From: a virus
DNA length: 64,000 bases
Direction: 5' to 3' (one strand)
IMG/VR virus record: IMGVR_UViG_3300017716_002841
Location: 1-64,000 of that record
Part shown: positions 9,425-16,907 of the stretch, one piece after another
How positions within the stretch are numbered: position 1 is the first letter of the stretch
How the letters are laid out: each line of letters opens with the position of its first letter
Made by a program: the position numbers and the translations under genes
Notes under the pieces: model-generated
Told to the model about the DNA's origin: nothing
What the model saw: only the letters and a program-made list of their open reading frames with translations
Databases searched by the model: none

Positions 9425-9844
9425 ATGAGATATTCAACATACACATTTACTCATACCGGAGAGCTTATTATGGCTCCGGTAATGTGCTTCACTCTCGATG
9501 CTAAGCAACATGAGTTTATACCGCACGCCCAAAATGAGTACATTAATGATAAATGGAGGAAAACATTTCATCTTGGGCCGCATCATGATGGGGAAGTAGA
9601 GGTCACAAAAGCATCAGATAATATATACAAGGGTATACTGGATCTCGACTATGAAAAGACTTACTGTATTATTATACCCGAAACGCACCCTATGTTTAAT
9701 GCCTATCTACTTTTAAATTATAATATGAATGATGAGTTGTTTGAAACAATACAAGCACTAATGAGCCATCCGAATGCACAGTCACCGATTCAGCCGATTA
9801 GAAGGGTATTAGAGGTAATCAATAAACAGATAAATAAATACTGA
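9425..9844 (+). CDS. MRY/PETHP-family paralogue 8
   Basis: MRYSTY; IPETHPMFN. Confidence 0.8.
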   Translation: MRYSTYTFTHTGELIMAPVMCFTLDAKQHEFIPHAQNEYINDKWRKTFHLGPHHDGEVEVTKASDNIYKGILDLDYEKTYCIIIPETHPMFNAYLLLNYNMNDELFETIQALMSHPNAQSPIQPIRRVLEVINKQINKY

Positions 9845-10044
9845 ACGGGCAATAAAATGTTCTAAAAATACAAGAAAGTGTATAAAAAAGAAGCAAAAGC
9901 GATGGGAACACGAGTATAATAAGAAGAGAGAGATACTAACGCATGGCTAATAAATGAAGTTGAATAATATCAAAAGTTATTTAATATCAATGTGTTATAT
10001 ATAGCCTTGATAGTGAATGACTAATCGGAAATACCTGAATACAC

Positions 10045-10227
10045 ATGAAATATAAGGAGAATACAGAGGAAGAGCTGCGAAATAAGGTAAAAGGAGCGTT
10101 TCAAATGTATAATACCGCGCTACTACCGTTAGAGGAATGCATCGATGAAGTAATGAGGCTAATGAAAGCAGAATACAATCGAGGATACGCAGAAGGTTAT
10201 TTAATTGCATACGAAGAGCACGCGTAA
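10045..10227 (+). CDS. hypothetical protein
   Basis: ORF; YNRGYAEGY motif. Confidence 0.55.
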   Translation: MKYKENTEEELRNKVKGAFQMYNTALLPLEECIDEVMRLMKAEYNRGYAEGYLIAYEEHA

Positions 10228-10253
10228 GGAACACTGAGATAATAAGGAGCACT

Positions 10254-10427
10254 ATGAAATTCACTGATTTACTAAAGAACTGGATCGATGCCCGTGAGAG
10301 TTACAATGAAGCGTGTCGCGATGAACAATACAACTACCCATATCTCGATGAACTGTACTCGATCATGGTCAAATACGAGCATCAAATCAACGATGTCATT
10401 GAAAGACTCGAGGCCGCCTGTGAGTAA
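10254..10427 (+). CDS. small early protein (57 aa), not in ORF track
   Basis: After motif 10228 with AAGGAG SD; MKFTDLLKNWIDARESY... Confidence 0.65.
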   Translation: MKFTDLLKNWIDARESYNEACRDEQYNYPYLDELYSIMVKYEHQINDVIERLEAACE

Positions 10428-10509
10428 TACTGATCTAAACTGCAACGCCTACGAAGAAACTGGTTTTGGACGCTTAGTCAGCATGGGAACACTAATACAA
10501 TAATAACAT

Positions 10510-10761
10510 ATGACATCAGAACAAGTACTAGACATGATCACAACACAATCCTTCGCAGAGTTCCTTGCTTACGAGCTTGAGAACTATGTAACCGGAGACG
10601 CACTCGCACTGCCGCGACATCAGATGATTCAAGTCATCGAGCGCCTGATGCCTGTATGTCCAATTGAGCCTGAAGTTCGGCAAGAGATTCGCAATGAAGT
10701 TATCCAGGATCTCCGCACGGAACTCAGCTCGATCATGAATGAGCTGTTCGATACCATCTAA
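10510..10761 (+). CDS. hypothetical early protein
   Basis: After motif 10486. Confidence 0.7.
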   Translation: MTSEQVLDMITTQSFAEFLAYELENYVTGDALALPRHQMIQVIERLMPVCPIEPEVRQEIRNEVIQDLRTELSSIMNELFDTI

Positions 10762-10786
10762 GGGAACACCGATACAATAAGGAGCA

Positions 10787-11038
10787 ATGCAAATGGAAAT
10801 CAACGCAATGACACGATACGAAAAACTAGAATACCTCCTCGAGACCTGCTCATCTGAATTCATTAAGGAGTGTCAGTTCCTTGATGAGATGGTCAGCTGG
10901 ATGGAAGAGGATGATTTCTCCAAGTTCTTCACTCATATCTGCTCACAATGGGAGATTAAAGACCCTACCGAAGAGGACGAAGAGGATGAGACAAATGAGT
11001 TCGTTGTCGAGGATGATCAGTTTATCTTCACAGCATAA
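10787..11038 (+). CDS. acidic early protein
   Basis: After motif 10763; D/E-rich. Confidence 0.7.
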   Translation: MQMEINAMTRYEKLEYLLETCSSEFIKECQFLDEMVSWMEEDDFSKFFTHICSQWEIKDPTEEDEEDETNEFVVEDDQFIFTA

Positions 11039-11098
11039 GGGAACTGCCGTATAATAAGGATGTCGAGAGAAAGTAAAACAAACCAACCAAATAATCAA

Positions 11099-11533
11099 AT
11101 GACTGCTACTAAGAAATATTCGTTCGTTACCATCGTTGCTCCTACTGAAGTCCGTGCTGAGTTTACTCATGTCCGTGAGGATATGATGACGACTGACAAG
11201 CAGCTGATGCAAGCTCTCTGGAACATTGCAATGCGCGACATGGGTGCGGTAGCTCATGAGGTCCAAGGTCTTAAAGAGATCGCTGCTCAGCTCAAAGAGA
11301 TCAGTAATATCTCGAAGGGAGAGGCTGAGGGTGTCATCTCTAAGGCGGCTAAGGTGAAGAAGGCTCTCGCTAAGAAAGAGCCTAAGCCAAAGAAGGAGAA
11401 GCCAGCTGCTAAGGTTAAGAAAGAGAAGGCTCCTAAGAAGACTGTCAAGTTCGAGGGCCGTGAAGAGCCTGAATATTTCGTCGGCGAAGATGACAGCCAG
11501 GAAATCCCGTGCTTGGTGGTGAACGGCCTGTGA
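11099..11533 (+). CDS. early protein with Lys/Pro/Ala-rich histone-like segment
   Basis: After motif 11040; KKALAKKEPKPKKEKPAAKVKKEKAPKK; start 11060 or 11099. Confidence 0.7.
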   Translation: MTATKKYSFVTIVAPTEVRAEFTHVREDMMTTDKQLMQALWNIAMRDMGAVAHEVQGLKEIAAQLKEISNISKGEAEGVISKAAKVKKALAKKEPKPKKEKPAAKVKKEKAPKKTVKFEGREEPEYFVGEDDSQEIPCLVVNGL

Positions 11534-11562
11534 GTGGGTGTGTGAATGTCCTGAGTATGACA

Positions 11563-12180
11563 TTAAACTGCTCCTCTTTTAGCTGCATGCGCTTTACGCA
11601 TGCTCTCACTTATATTTTTACGTGAGACGTCGGTATGTCTCCTACCTGGCTTACCTTTACGATGACTTACTCTACCTTTTGCTGCTCTACTTAGCTTTTG
11701 TTTTGTCTCGTCGGTATGTCTCCTACCTGGCTTACCTTTACGATGACTTACTCTACTCAGCTTTTGTTTTGTCTCTTCTGTAAGTTTATTACCTGGCTTA
11801 CCTTTACGGCTCGTACCTTTTTGAATCATGCGCGATTTACGAAGTATCTTTGCTTCTTCTGTAAGTTTATTACCTTTCTGTAATAAACTTAATTTTCTTT
11901 TTAACCACCCGAAACGCTTGTTGTTATTTCGACATCCATCACCTTTATCTACACACATCATATTAGCAGCAAAAGCGAGCTTAAGATTATTAGGCTGCAT
12001 CTTAACTAACAATTGATGGCAAATAAAATGCTCTTCAGGTGTTAAAATAGCAATATTTTTTTCATCATCTGAACCACTCATACATCTTGGAATGATATGA
12101 TGACGTTCGGAATAACCCTCAATCAGGGGCCTGGTTTTAGCACGGATGATAATACTCTTGTAAATTTTTTTATAGTTCAT
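11563..12180 (-). CDS. HNH homing endonuclease with NUMOD3-like repeats
   Basis: MNYKKIY...ERHHIIPRCMSGSDDEKNIAILTPEEHFICHQLL; C-terminal (H/L)T(E/D)ETKQKLS repeats; the only substantial minus-strand gene in the accessory region. Confidence 0.9.
   Translation of the reverse strand: MNYKKIYKSIIIRAKTRPLIEGYSERHHIIPRCMSGSDDEKNIAILTPEEHFICHQLLVKMQPNNLKLAFAANMMCVDKGDGCRNNNKRFGWLKRKLSLLQKGNKLTEEAKILRKSRMIQKGTSRKGKPGNKLTEETKQKLSRVSHRKGKPGRRHTDETKQKLSRAAKGRVSHRKGKPGRRHTDVSRKNISESMRKAHAAKRGAV
11629..11756. repeat. internal direct repeats encoding NUMOD3 units
   Basis: gtcggtatgtctcctacctggcttacctttacgatgacttactctac occurs at about 11629 and 11710. Confidence 0.85.
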
Positions 12181-12240
12181 TGTTAGCATTAATATTTATT
12201 CAGCATGGTAGCTTTTATTGAATATAGATTAAATAATATT

Positions 12241-12312
12241 ACCTCCAACGATTGTCAGCTCGTTCATTGTTAGCGCTTGTTCAATGCCGACTCGTTGGAG
12301 GTTCTCTCTGTC
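12241..12312 (+). ncRNA. candidate small hairpin RNA antisense to the HNH start
   Basis: TAAATA 12230-12235, then 11-bp terminal stem ACCTCCAACGA/TCGTTGGAGGT; contains gttcattgttagc, complementary to the HNH mRNA 5' end. Confidence 0.5.
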
Positions 12313-12318
12313 TAAGAT

Positions 12319-12354
12319 GATAATAGAGGTAGGTTGATCGACAGGATGAAATAA
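12319..12354 (+). pseudogene. 3' remnant of an HRxDGPA-repeat gene
   Basis: Encodes DNRGRLIDRMK*, matching DSSGQLIERME* at 8607-8642. Confidence 0.6.
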
Positions 12355-12362
12355 ATAACCAT

Positions 12363-12695
12363 ATGCAGGAGCAATACATCGAGACAAGCAGATACGGTAC
12401 AAAGAAGTACTTTATTAAAGACAAAGCTAAGACCATTCTTCACCGTGAAGACGGCCCAGCAGTTGAATATGCTAATGGTGAGAGAGCATGGTATGTTGAT
12501 GGTAAACTTCATCGTCTTGATGGCCCAGCAATTGAACATGCTGATGGAAGTAAATCGTGGTTAGTTGATGGTAAGTACCACCGTGAAGATGGTCCAGCAG
12601 TTGAATATGTCAATGGAAGTAAAGCGTGGTATGTTAATGATGTATTTATTTTTGAGGTAGATGGTAGTGGTCAGTTGGCCTTGAGGATGCAATAA
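12363..12695 (+). CDS. HRxDGPA-repeat protein 4 (three repeats)
   Basis: Three HRxDGPA units; TAAATA 12352-12357. Confidence 0.85.
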   Translation: MQEQYIETSRYGTKKYFIKDKAKTILHREDGPAVEYANGERAWYVDGKLHRLDGPAIEHADGSKSWLVDGKYHREDGPAVEYVNGSKAWYVNDVFIFEVDGSGQLALRMQ

Positions 12696-12703
12696 ATAAC
12701 CAT

Positions 12704-12964
12704 ATGCAGGAGCAATATATAACGACATTAAAGAACGGTACAAAGTATTACTTTAAAGACAAAGCAAAGACAATTTTTCATCGTATTGATGGACCAGCAG
12801 TTGAATGGGCTAATGGTGAGAAGGAATGGTATGTTAATGGTAAACGTCATCGGCTTGATGGTCCAGCAACTGAACATGCTGATGGATATCGAGCATGGTT
12901 TGTTAATGGTGTATTTATTTTTGAGGTAGATGGTAGTGGTGAGATGATTATTAGAATGCGGTAA
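12704..12964 (+). CDS. HRxDGPA-repeat protein 5
   Basis: Two units; TAAATA 12693-12698. Confidence 0.85.
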   Translation: MQEQYITTLKNGTKYYFKDKAKTIFHRIDGPAVEWANGEKEWYVNGKRHRLDGPATEHADGYRAWFVNGVFIFEVDGSGEMIIRMR

Positions 12965-12991
12965 AGTGAGGGAACACCGATATAATTAGGT

Positions 12992-13192
12992 ATGACCGAA
13001 ACAATGCACTGTAAACCAATTAAGCTTAACCTCGTCGGCCTTGATGGCAATGCCTATTCACTTATGGGAGCGTTCCAACGAGCCGCTCGTAAACAAGGGT
13101 GTACCCCAGAAGAGATCAAAGCCGTCTTAGATGATTGTATGAGTGGCAACTATGATCACCTCCTTCAGACTCTAGTGAAGCACACTCGCTAA
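12992..13192 (+). CDS. conserved phage protein (GxDGNA family)
   Basis: LVGLDGNAYSLMG...SGNYDHLL. Confidence 0.8.
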   Translation: MTETMHCKPIKLNLVGLDGNAYSLMGAFQRAARKQGCTPEEIKAVLDDCMSGNYDHLLQTLVKHTR

Positions 13193-13214
13193 GGGAACAC
13201 CAATATAATTAGGT

Positions 13215-13388
13215 ATGGCAAATAAGACATTTATGACGTTCGCAGAAATTAAAGCTGAGTACAAAGTTGAGAAGTGGTTCCATACCCCCTGGCACTTTAG
13301 CGCTTCCGGGCAATATGTCTGCTTCCTCAGCGGTAATAAAGAATGTTACAAGACTGAAGAAGGTTATGTCGTTGGAGAGCGTCGCTAA
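13215..13388 (+). CDS. small early protein (57 aa), not in ORF track
   Basis: After motif 13194. Confidence 0.6.
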   Translation: MANKTFMTFAEIKAEYKVEKWFHTPWHFSASGQYVCFLSGNKECYKTEEGYVVGERR

Positions 13389-13411
13389 GGGAACTCAGAT
13401 ATAATAATAGT

Positions 13412-13648
13412 ATGCTGAACAACACTATGAAAACCAAAATCTTTGACACTCTCATCTTGATCTCGATAATCATCCTCTTCGCCCTCGCTCATGTCTCACC
13501 ACTGGTCGGCATCATCATGATGTCACTAGCAGGTAATATGGTGTATCAAATCCTAGGAGCGATCTTACAAGTAGTATCTATTGCTGGACTTGTATACATT
13601 CATTACTGGAACGGCACATTCCGATCCGATAAGAAAGACCTCGACTAA
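13412..13648 (+). CDS. small membrane protein (2 TM)
   Basis: Two hydrophobic stretches; after motif 13390. Confidence 0.7.
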   Translation: MLNNTMKTKIFDTLILISIIILFALAHVSPLVGIIMMSLAGNMVYQILGAILQVVSIAGLVYIHYWNGTFRSDKKDLD

Positions 13649-13666
13649 CACTAATATAATAATAAT

Positions 13667-13831
13667 ATGAAAGAGCTCATCGCATCCATCACCGCTATCA
13701 TCCTTATCATCATCGTCTGGATCGGGTCATCCGCCATCGAAGCTTCTACCTACACTCGTCTGACCGGTAAGAAGGTAACCGTCGTCGACGCTATGTTTAT
13801 CGACCTCAAAGTCATTGATGGAGTTAAGTAA
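13667..13831 (+). CDS. small membrane protein (54 aa), not in ORF track
   Basis: MKELIASITAIILIIIVWIG...; degenerate motif upstream. Confidence 0.65.
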   Translation: MKELIASITAIILIIIVWIGSSAIEASTYTRLTGKKVTVVDAMFIDLKVIDGVK

Positions 13832-13853
13832 GGAACACTAATATAATAATAGT

Positions 13854-13970
13854 ATGCTGAACAAGAAACCTAAGACATGGGACGTATTCATCGCGTGGGT
13901 ATTGATGCTTACGTTCTGCGCAGCGTGCTGGTGGTGGATCGTTACCATGGTGATGGAGTGCATCAAATAA
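13854..13970 (+). CDS. small membrane protein (38 aa), not in ORF track
   Basis: After motif 13832; VFIAWVLMLTFCAACWWWIV. Confidence 0.6.
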   Translation: MLNKKPKTWDVFIAWVLMLTFCAACWWWIVTMVMECIK

Positions 13971-13991
13971 AGGAACTCTAGTATAATAATT

Positions 13992-14177
13992 GTGATGACA
14001 AAATACAACACCGACTTATTAGTTGCACTGGAAGAATTATATGCTGTCCTAGACAGGAAGACGTCCAATGGGCTAGCGGTCAACCAGGTGCTACCAAAGG
14101 AGATTGCTGACATGTTCTACGCTCCCGCTCTCAGAGCACGCATTGCCATTAAGCAAGCTTTGGAGAAGGAACTCTAG
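13992..14177 (+). CDS. hypothetical early protein
   Basis: After motif 13972. Confidence 0.65.
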   Translation: MMTKYNTDLLVALEELYAVLDRKTSNGLAVNQVLPKEIADMFYAPALRARIAIKQALEKEL

Positions 14178-14189
14178 TATAATAATTGT

Positions 14190-14393
14190 ATGACCACCGA
14201 CAATATCAACTACGCTTACATCACCGGCGCTTATGAAGGCATGCTAGGCACTCTCGCATACTCACTCGTTAGTAAAGGTATCGTACCTAATGATCCTGAC
14301 ACCTACGATAAGCTCAAAGAGTATATCAGCAGTGAGATCGATCGCATCAAACAAGTAGAGCGTGATTACTCCCTCCCACTCGATCAACTATAA
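14190..14393 (+). CDS. hypothetical early protein
   Basis: After motif 14168. Confidence 0.7.
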   Translation: MTTDNINYAYITGAYEGMLGTLAYSLVSKGIVPNDPDTYDKLKEYISSEIDRIKQVERDYSLPLDQL

Positions 14394-14419
14394 GCGCCAC
14401 CGCTCGACTAAATACTAAC

Positions 14420-14863
14420 ATGCGTAAGACAGATCAAGAAAAAATGTGGGAGGTCTTTGTTGAGTCCTCAAATGGTGGAGTCATCTCAACCGGAGGTGCT
14501 CTTAAGGCTGGTGGTGGATCGTCCGCTCCTAAGACATCTAACGATGATGAGGATGCTGAGGATGTTGATGGTGACCCATACGAGGATGAAGAGGGTAAGG
14601 ATAAGCTTCAAGACATCCTTACTAAGTGCCACAATGGTGACATCTCTATTGATGAGGCTCGTAACCTTATTGATAAACTGTCAAAGAGTGGTGAGGAGGA
14701 TGAGGAGAAGAATGTTAAGCGCTTCACAGCACAGAAGGCTACTGACAAGATGAGAGGCCAGTTCACTAAGAATAAGAGCGCTGCTAACGTTAGTGTTAAA
14801 GCTCTTGATAGAGGTGTCCAAGGTGTTAAGCGTAACACTAGTGCACCTCAACAAGGTATGTAA
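14420..14863 (+). CDS. late protein, possible internal head protein
   Basis: TAAATA 14409-14414; low-complexity acidic then basic sequence. Confidence 0.65.
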   Translation: MRKTDQEKMWEVFVESSNGGVISTGGALKAGGGSSAPKTSNDDEDAEDVDGDPYEDEEGKDKLQDILTKCHNGDISIDEARNLIDKLSKSGEEDEEKNVKRFTAQKATDKMRGQFTKNKSAANVSVKALDRGVQGVKRNTSAPQQGM

Positions 14864-14896
14864 CTCCTTAGGAGCTTTAACGCTACCCTATTTTAA

Positions 14897-14936
14897 AAAG
14901 AGTCCTAAACAACCTCAGTGTTGTTTAGGACTCTTT
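14897..14936 (+). terminator. intrinsic (possibly bidirectional) terminator
   Basis: 17-bp inverted repeat aaagagtcctaaacaac/gttgtttaggactcttt. Confidence 0.8.
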
Positions 14937-15237
14937 GTGTCTCCTAAGAGCTGCGTTCACTCTCCATCGATGCCAGAGCGCCGTGTGTGTCCGCTATGAG
15001 TGTATGCTAAGCTCCTACGCTATATAGAGACCGTCAGCGCTCCGAATTGTATTATATGAGCTCGCAGCAAAACCGGGTCTAGAAGCCATGTCCTAGAATT
15101 TTTTTGTCAAAAATCCTCTAACTCTAATGAAGGTTCTCAGAGACTCCAAAAAGGGTTCTCCGAAAATCCGATATCTTTAAAAATTTTTTTTGCGCGAAAT
15201 TCTGAGATTTCTATATAGGGGGTTGTAAATATTACCG

Positions 15238-15906
15238 ATGGTTGATACTCTAGTTATATCCGATATTCATCTTGGTTCCTCTGCGTGTAATAGAGAGAAG
15301 GTACTTGAAGTATTAGATATTCCGTTTACTACTCTCATTATAAATGGTGACTTATTCGACAATCATTCGTTTCATAGATACACCAAGAAGGATTGGAAGA
15401 TACTAACTCGTATTCGAAAGCTATCGAAGACTCACAAAGTTATATTAGTGAGAGGTAATCATGATGGTTGTGCTGAGTTTCTGGCGGCTATTACCGGTAT
15501 GGAGTTTACTAAGTCCTACAGTTTCAAAGTTGGTGAGCGGCAGATGCTCTGCGAGCATGGTGATGAGTATGATCACTGGGTTCAGTCCCGGCCTATAGCT
15601 ACTTTTATCTTTACCGGTCTATATTACTGGTTACAGAAGTTGGATAAGAAGAATATCTTAACACGGAGATTGAAAGCTTGGTCAAAGTCGTGGGTTAGAG
15701 CGAAGGATATTGTGTCTAAGAATTTCTTAGATAAACATGGTAGAGAATATGATGTTGTTATGGCTGGCCATACTCATTACCCGGAAGAGAGATATGATGT
15801 AACTTATAAGTGCTGTTATATTAACTCTGGCTCCTTTTGTGATGAGATGTGCTCATTCATTCAAATTCATTCAGATGGTACAGCTAAACTGACTTATATT
15901 GTCTAA
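15238..15906 (+). CDS. calcineurin-like metallophosphoesterase (LpxH/YbbF-like)
   Basis: ISDIHLG, NGDLFD, GNHD, HGD and GHTH motifs. Confidence 0.85.
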   Translation: MVDTLVISDIHLGSSACNREKVLEVLDIPFTTLIINGDLFDNHSFHRYTKKDWKILTRIRKLSKTHKVILVRGNHDGCAEFLAAITGMEFTKSYSFKVGERQMLCEHGDEYDHWVQSRPIATFIFTGLYYWLQKLDKKNILTRRLKAWSKSWVRAKDIVSKNFLDKHGREYDVVMAGHTHYPEERYDVTYKCCYINSGSFCDEMCSFIQIHSDGTAKLTYIV

Positions 15907-15919
15907 ATATTATAAAGGA

Positions 15920-16267
15920 ATGAGATATAAGACGTATACATATGACACCACATTGGCATTGATTCAATTAGAGGATTATCCTTTCTTTTTAAAGGATGGT
16001 GTATTTGTCTCTCACCATAAAGGTGTAATTGGGTTTCAACAATATAACGGCATTACATCCAAAGCAGATGGTATATATCAAGCGACAAACTTTAATATCT
16101 TTTTTATACCAGAGTCTCACCCTTTCTTTAACATAGATGTTATAACTAACGCTGTGGATGGTTACGGTCAACCTCCTATAACATCTAGAAAGCTTATACA
16201 CAATACATGGGTTAAGTTTACCAAATTAACATATAAGTATATTAAGAAAATATCAAAAGCAATATGA
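15920..16267 (+). CDS. MRY/PETHP-family paralogue 9
   Basis: MRYKTY at internal ATG; IPESHPFFN; TAAATA 15904-15909. Confidence 0.8.
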   Translation: MRYKTYTYDTTLALIQLEDYPFFLKDGVFVSHHKGVIGFQQYNGITSKADGIYQATNFNIFFIPESHPFFNIDVITNAVDGYGQPPITSRKLIHNTWVKFTKLTYKYIKKISKAI

Positions 16268-16575
16268 GATACAAGACAATTATAATAGATGCAGAAGTTT
16301 TATACACAGATTCAAAGTCTTTTTTACGAGGTATATCTGTTGATAATTATCAAAACACTATAAGTTCTAAAAAGCCAGTAGAACGCGGAGAGAGTTCAGA
16401 TGTAGTAACCATACCAGAGACGCACCCATTCTTTAACATAGACATATGTAGTGACACAGTAGATAATCTAATAGATTTTGACGATAGTATATTCTTTAGT
16501 GATAAGTGGGAGAGCTCTGTCGACAATATTATAAAGAAATGGTTTCCGAGTGTTTATAACTTTTACATAAATTAA
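16264..16575 (+). CDS. MRY/PETHP-family paralogue 10
   Basis: MRYKTI; IPETHPFFN. Confidence 0.8.
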   Translation: MRYKTIIIDAEVLYTDSKSFLRGISVDNYQNTISSKKPVERGESSDVVTIPETHPFFNIDICSDTVDNLIDFDDSIFFSDKWESSVDNIIKKWFPSVYNFYIN

Positions 16576-16582
16576 ATCCACA

Positions 16583-16903
16583 ATGAGATATAAAGTATAT
16601 ACCATAGATAATCTAGAGAATACACTAAGAACACTAGACCCTGCAAAGATTTACACATACACTGATGTTCAGCGTATGAATGGTGTTATCGACTTAGAGG
16701 ATGGAATACTTCAACGTAAAGGTCTTGGATTTTATATTATACCTGAAACATACACATACTTCAACTTAGATATACTCAAATCCGCAATACACACAATACC
16801 GACAACAACAGTTAGAATCGGATTTTGGCAACTTATCAAACAAGTAGGCACCTCATTTTATAAATATATAAAATCCATAACACCAAGGGTAGATACTAAA
16901 TAA
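16583..16903 (+). CDS. MRY/PETHP-family paralogue 11
   Basis: MRYKVY; IPETYTYFN. Confidence 0.8.
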   Translation: MRYKVYTIDNLENTLRTLDPAKIYTYTDVQRMNGVIDLEDGILQRKGLGFYIIPETYTYFNLDILKSAIHTIPTTTVRIGFWQLIKQVGTSFYKYIKSITPRVDTK

Positions 16904-16907
16904 GCAT

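Larger units (their letters stand above)
76..14192 (+). promoter_or_regulatory. Dispersed repeated early-type promoter GGAAC-N5-TA(T/C)AAT, about 29 copies
   Basis: GGAAC at 76, 238, 388, 2401, 2584, 2841, 3318, 3636, 3904, 4416, 4738, 5186, 6387, 6557, 6871, 7185, 8649, 8890, 9905, 10228, 10486, 10763, 11040, 12971, 13194, 13390, 13832, 13972, 14168. Each is followed after 5 nt by TATAAT or a variant (TACAAT, TATCAT, TAAAAT, TAATAT, GATAAT), usually with ATG 5-8 nt later. Some have a TTGA -35 box 16-17 nt before the -10 (64, 2389, 2828, 3891). Confidence 0.9.

Noticed and set aside
7818-12964. HRxDGPA genes as DGR template/variable repeats
   Set aside because: No reverse transcriptase in the window, all full copies are coding, and differences are not confined to adenines.
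76-14192. GGAAC repeats as a CRISPR array
   Set aside because: Intervals are 150 to more than 1000 nt and contain ORFs; repeats are degenerate, non-palindromic and promoter-like; no cas genes.
76-14192. GGAAC as an ECF-sigma -35 box
   Set aside because: It lies only 5 nt from a TATAAT hexamer, and some copies have a separate TTGA -35 at normal spacing.
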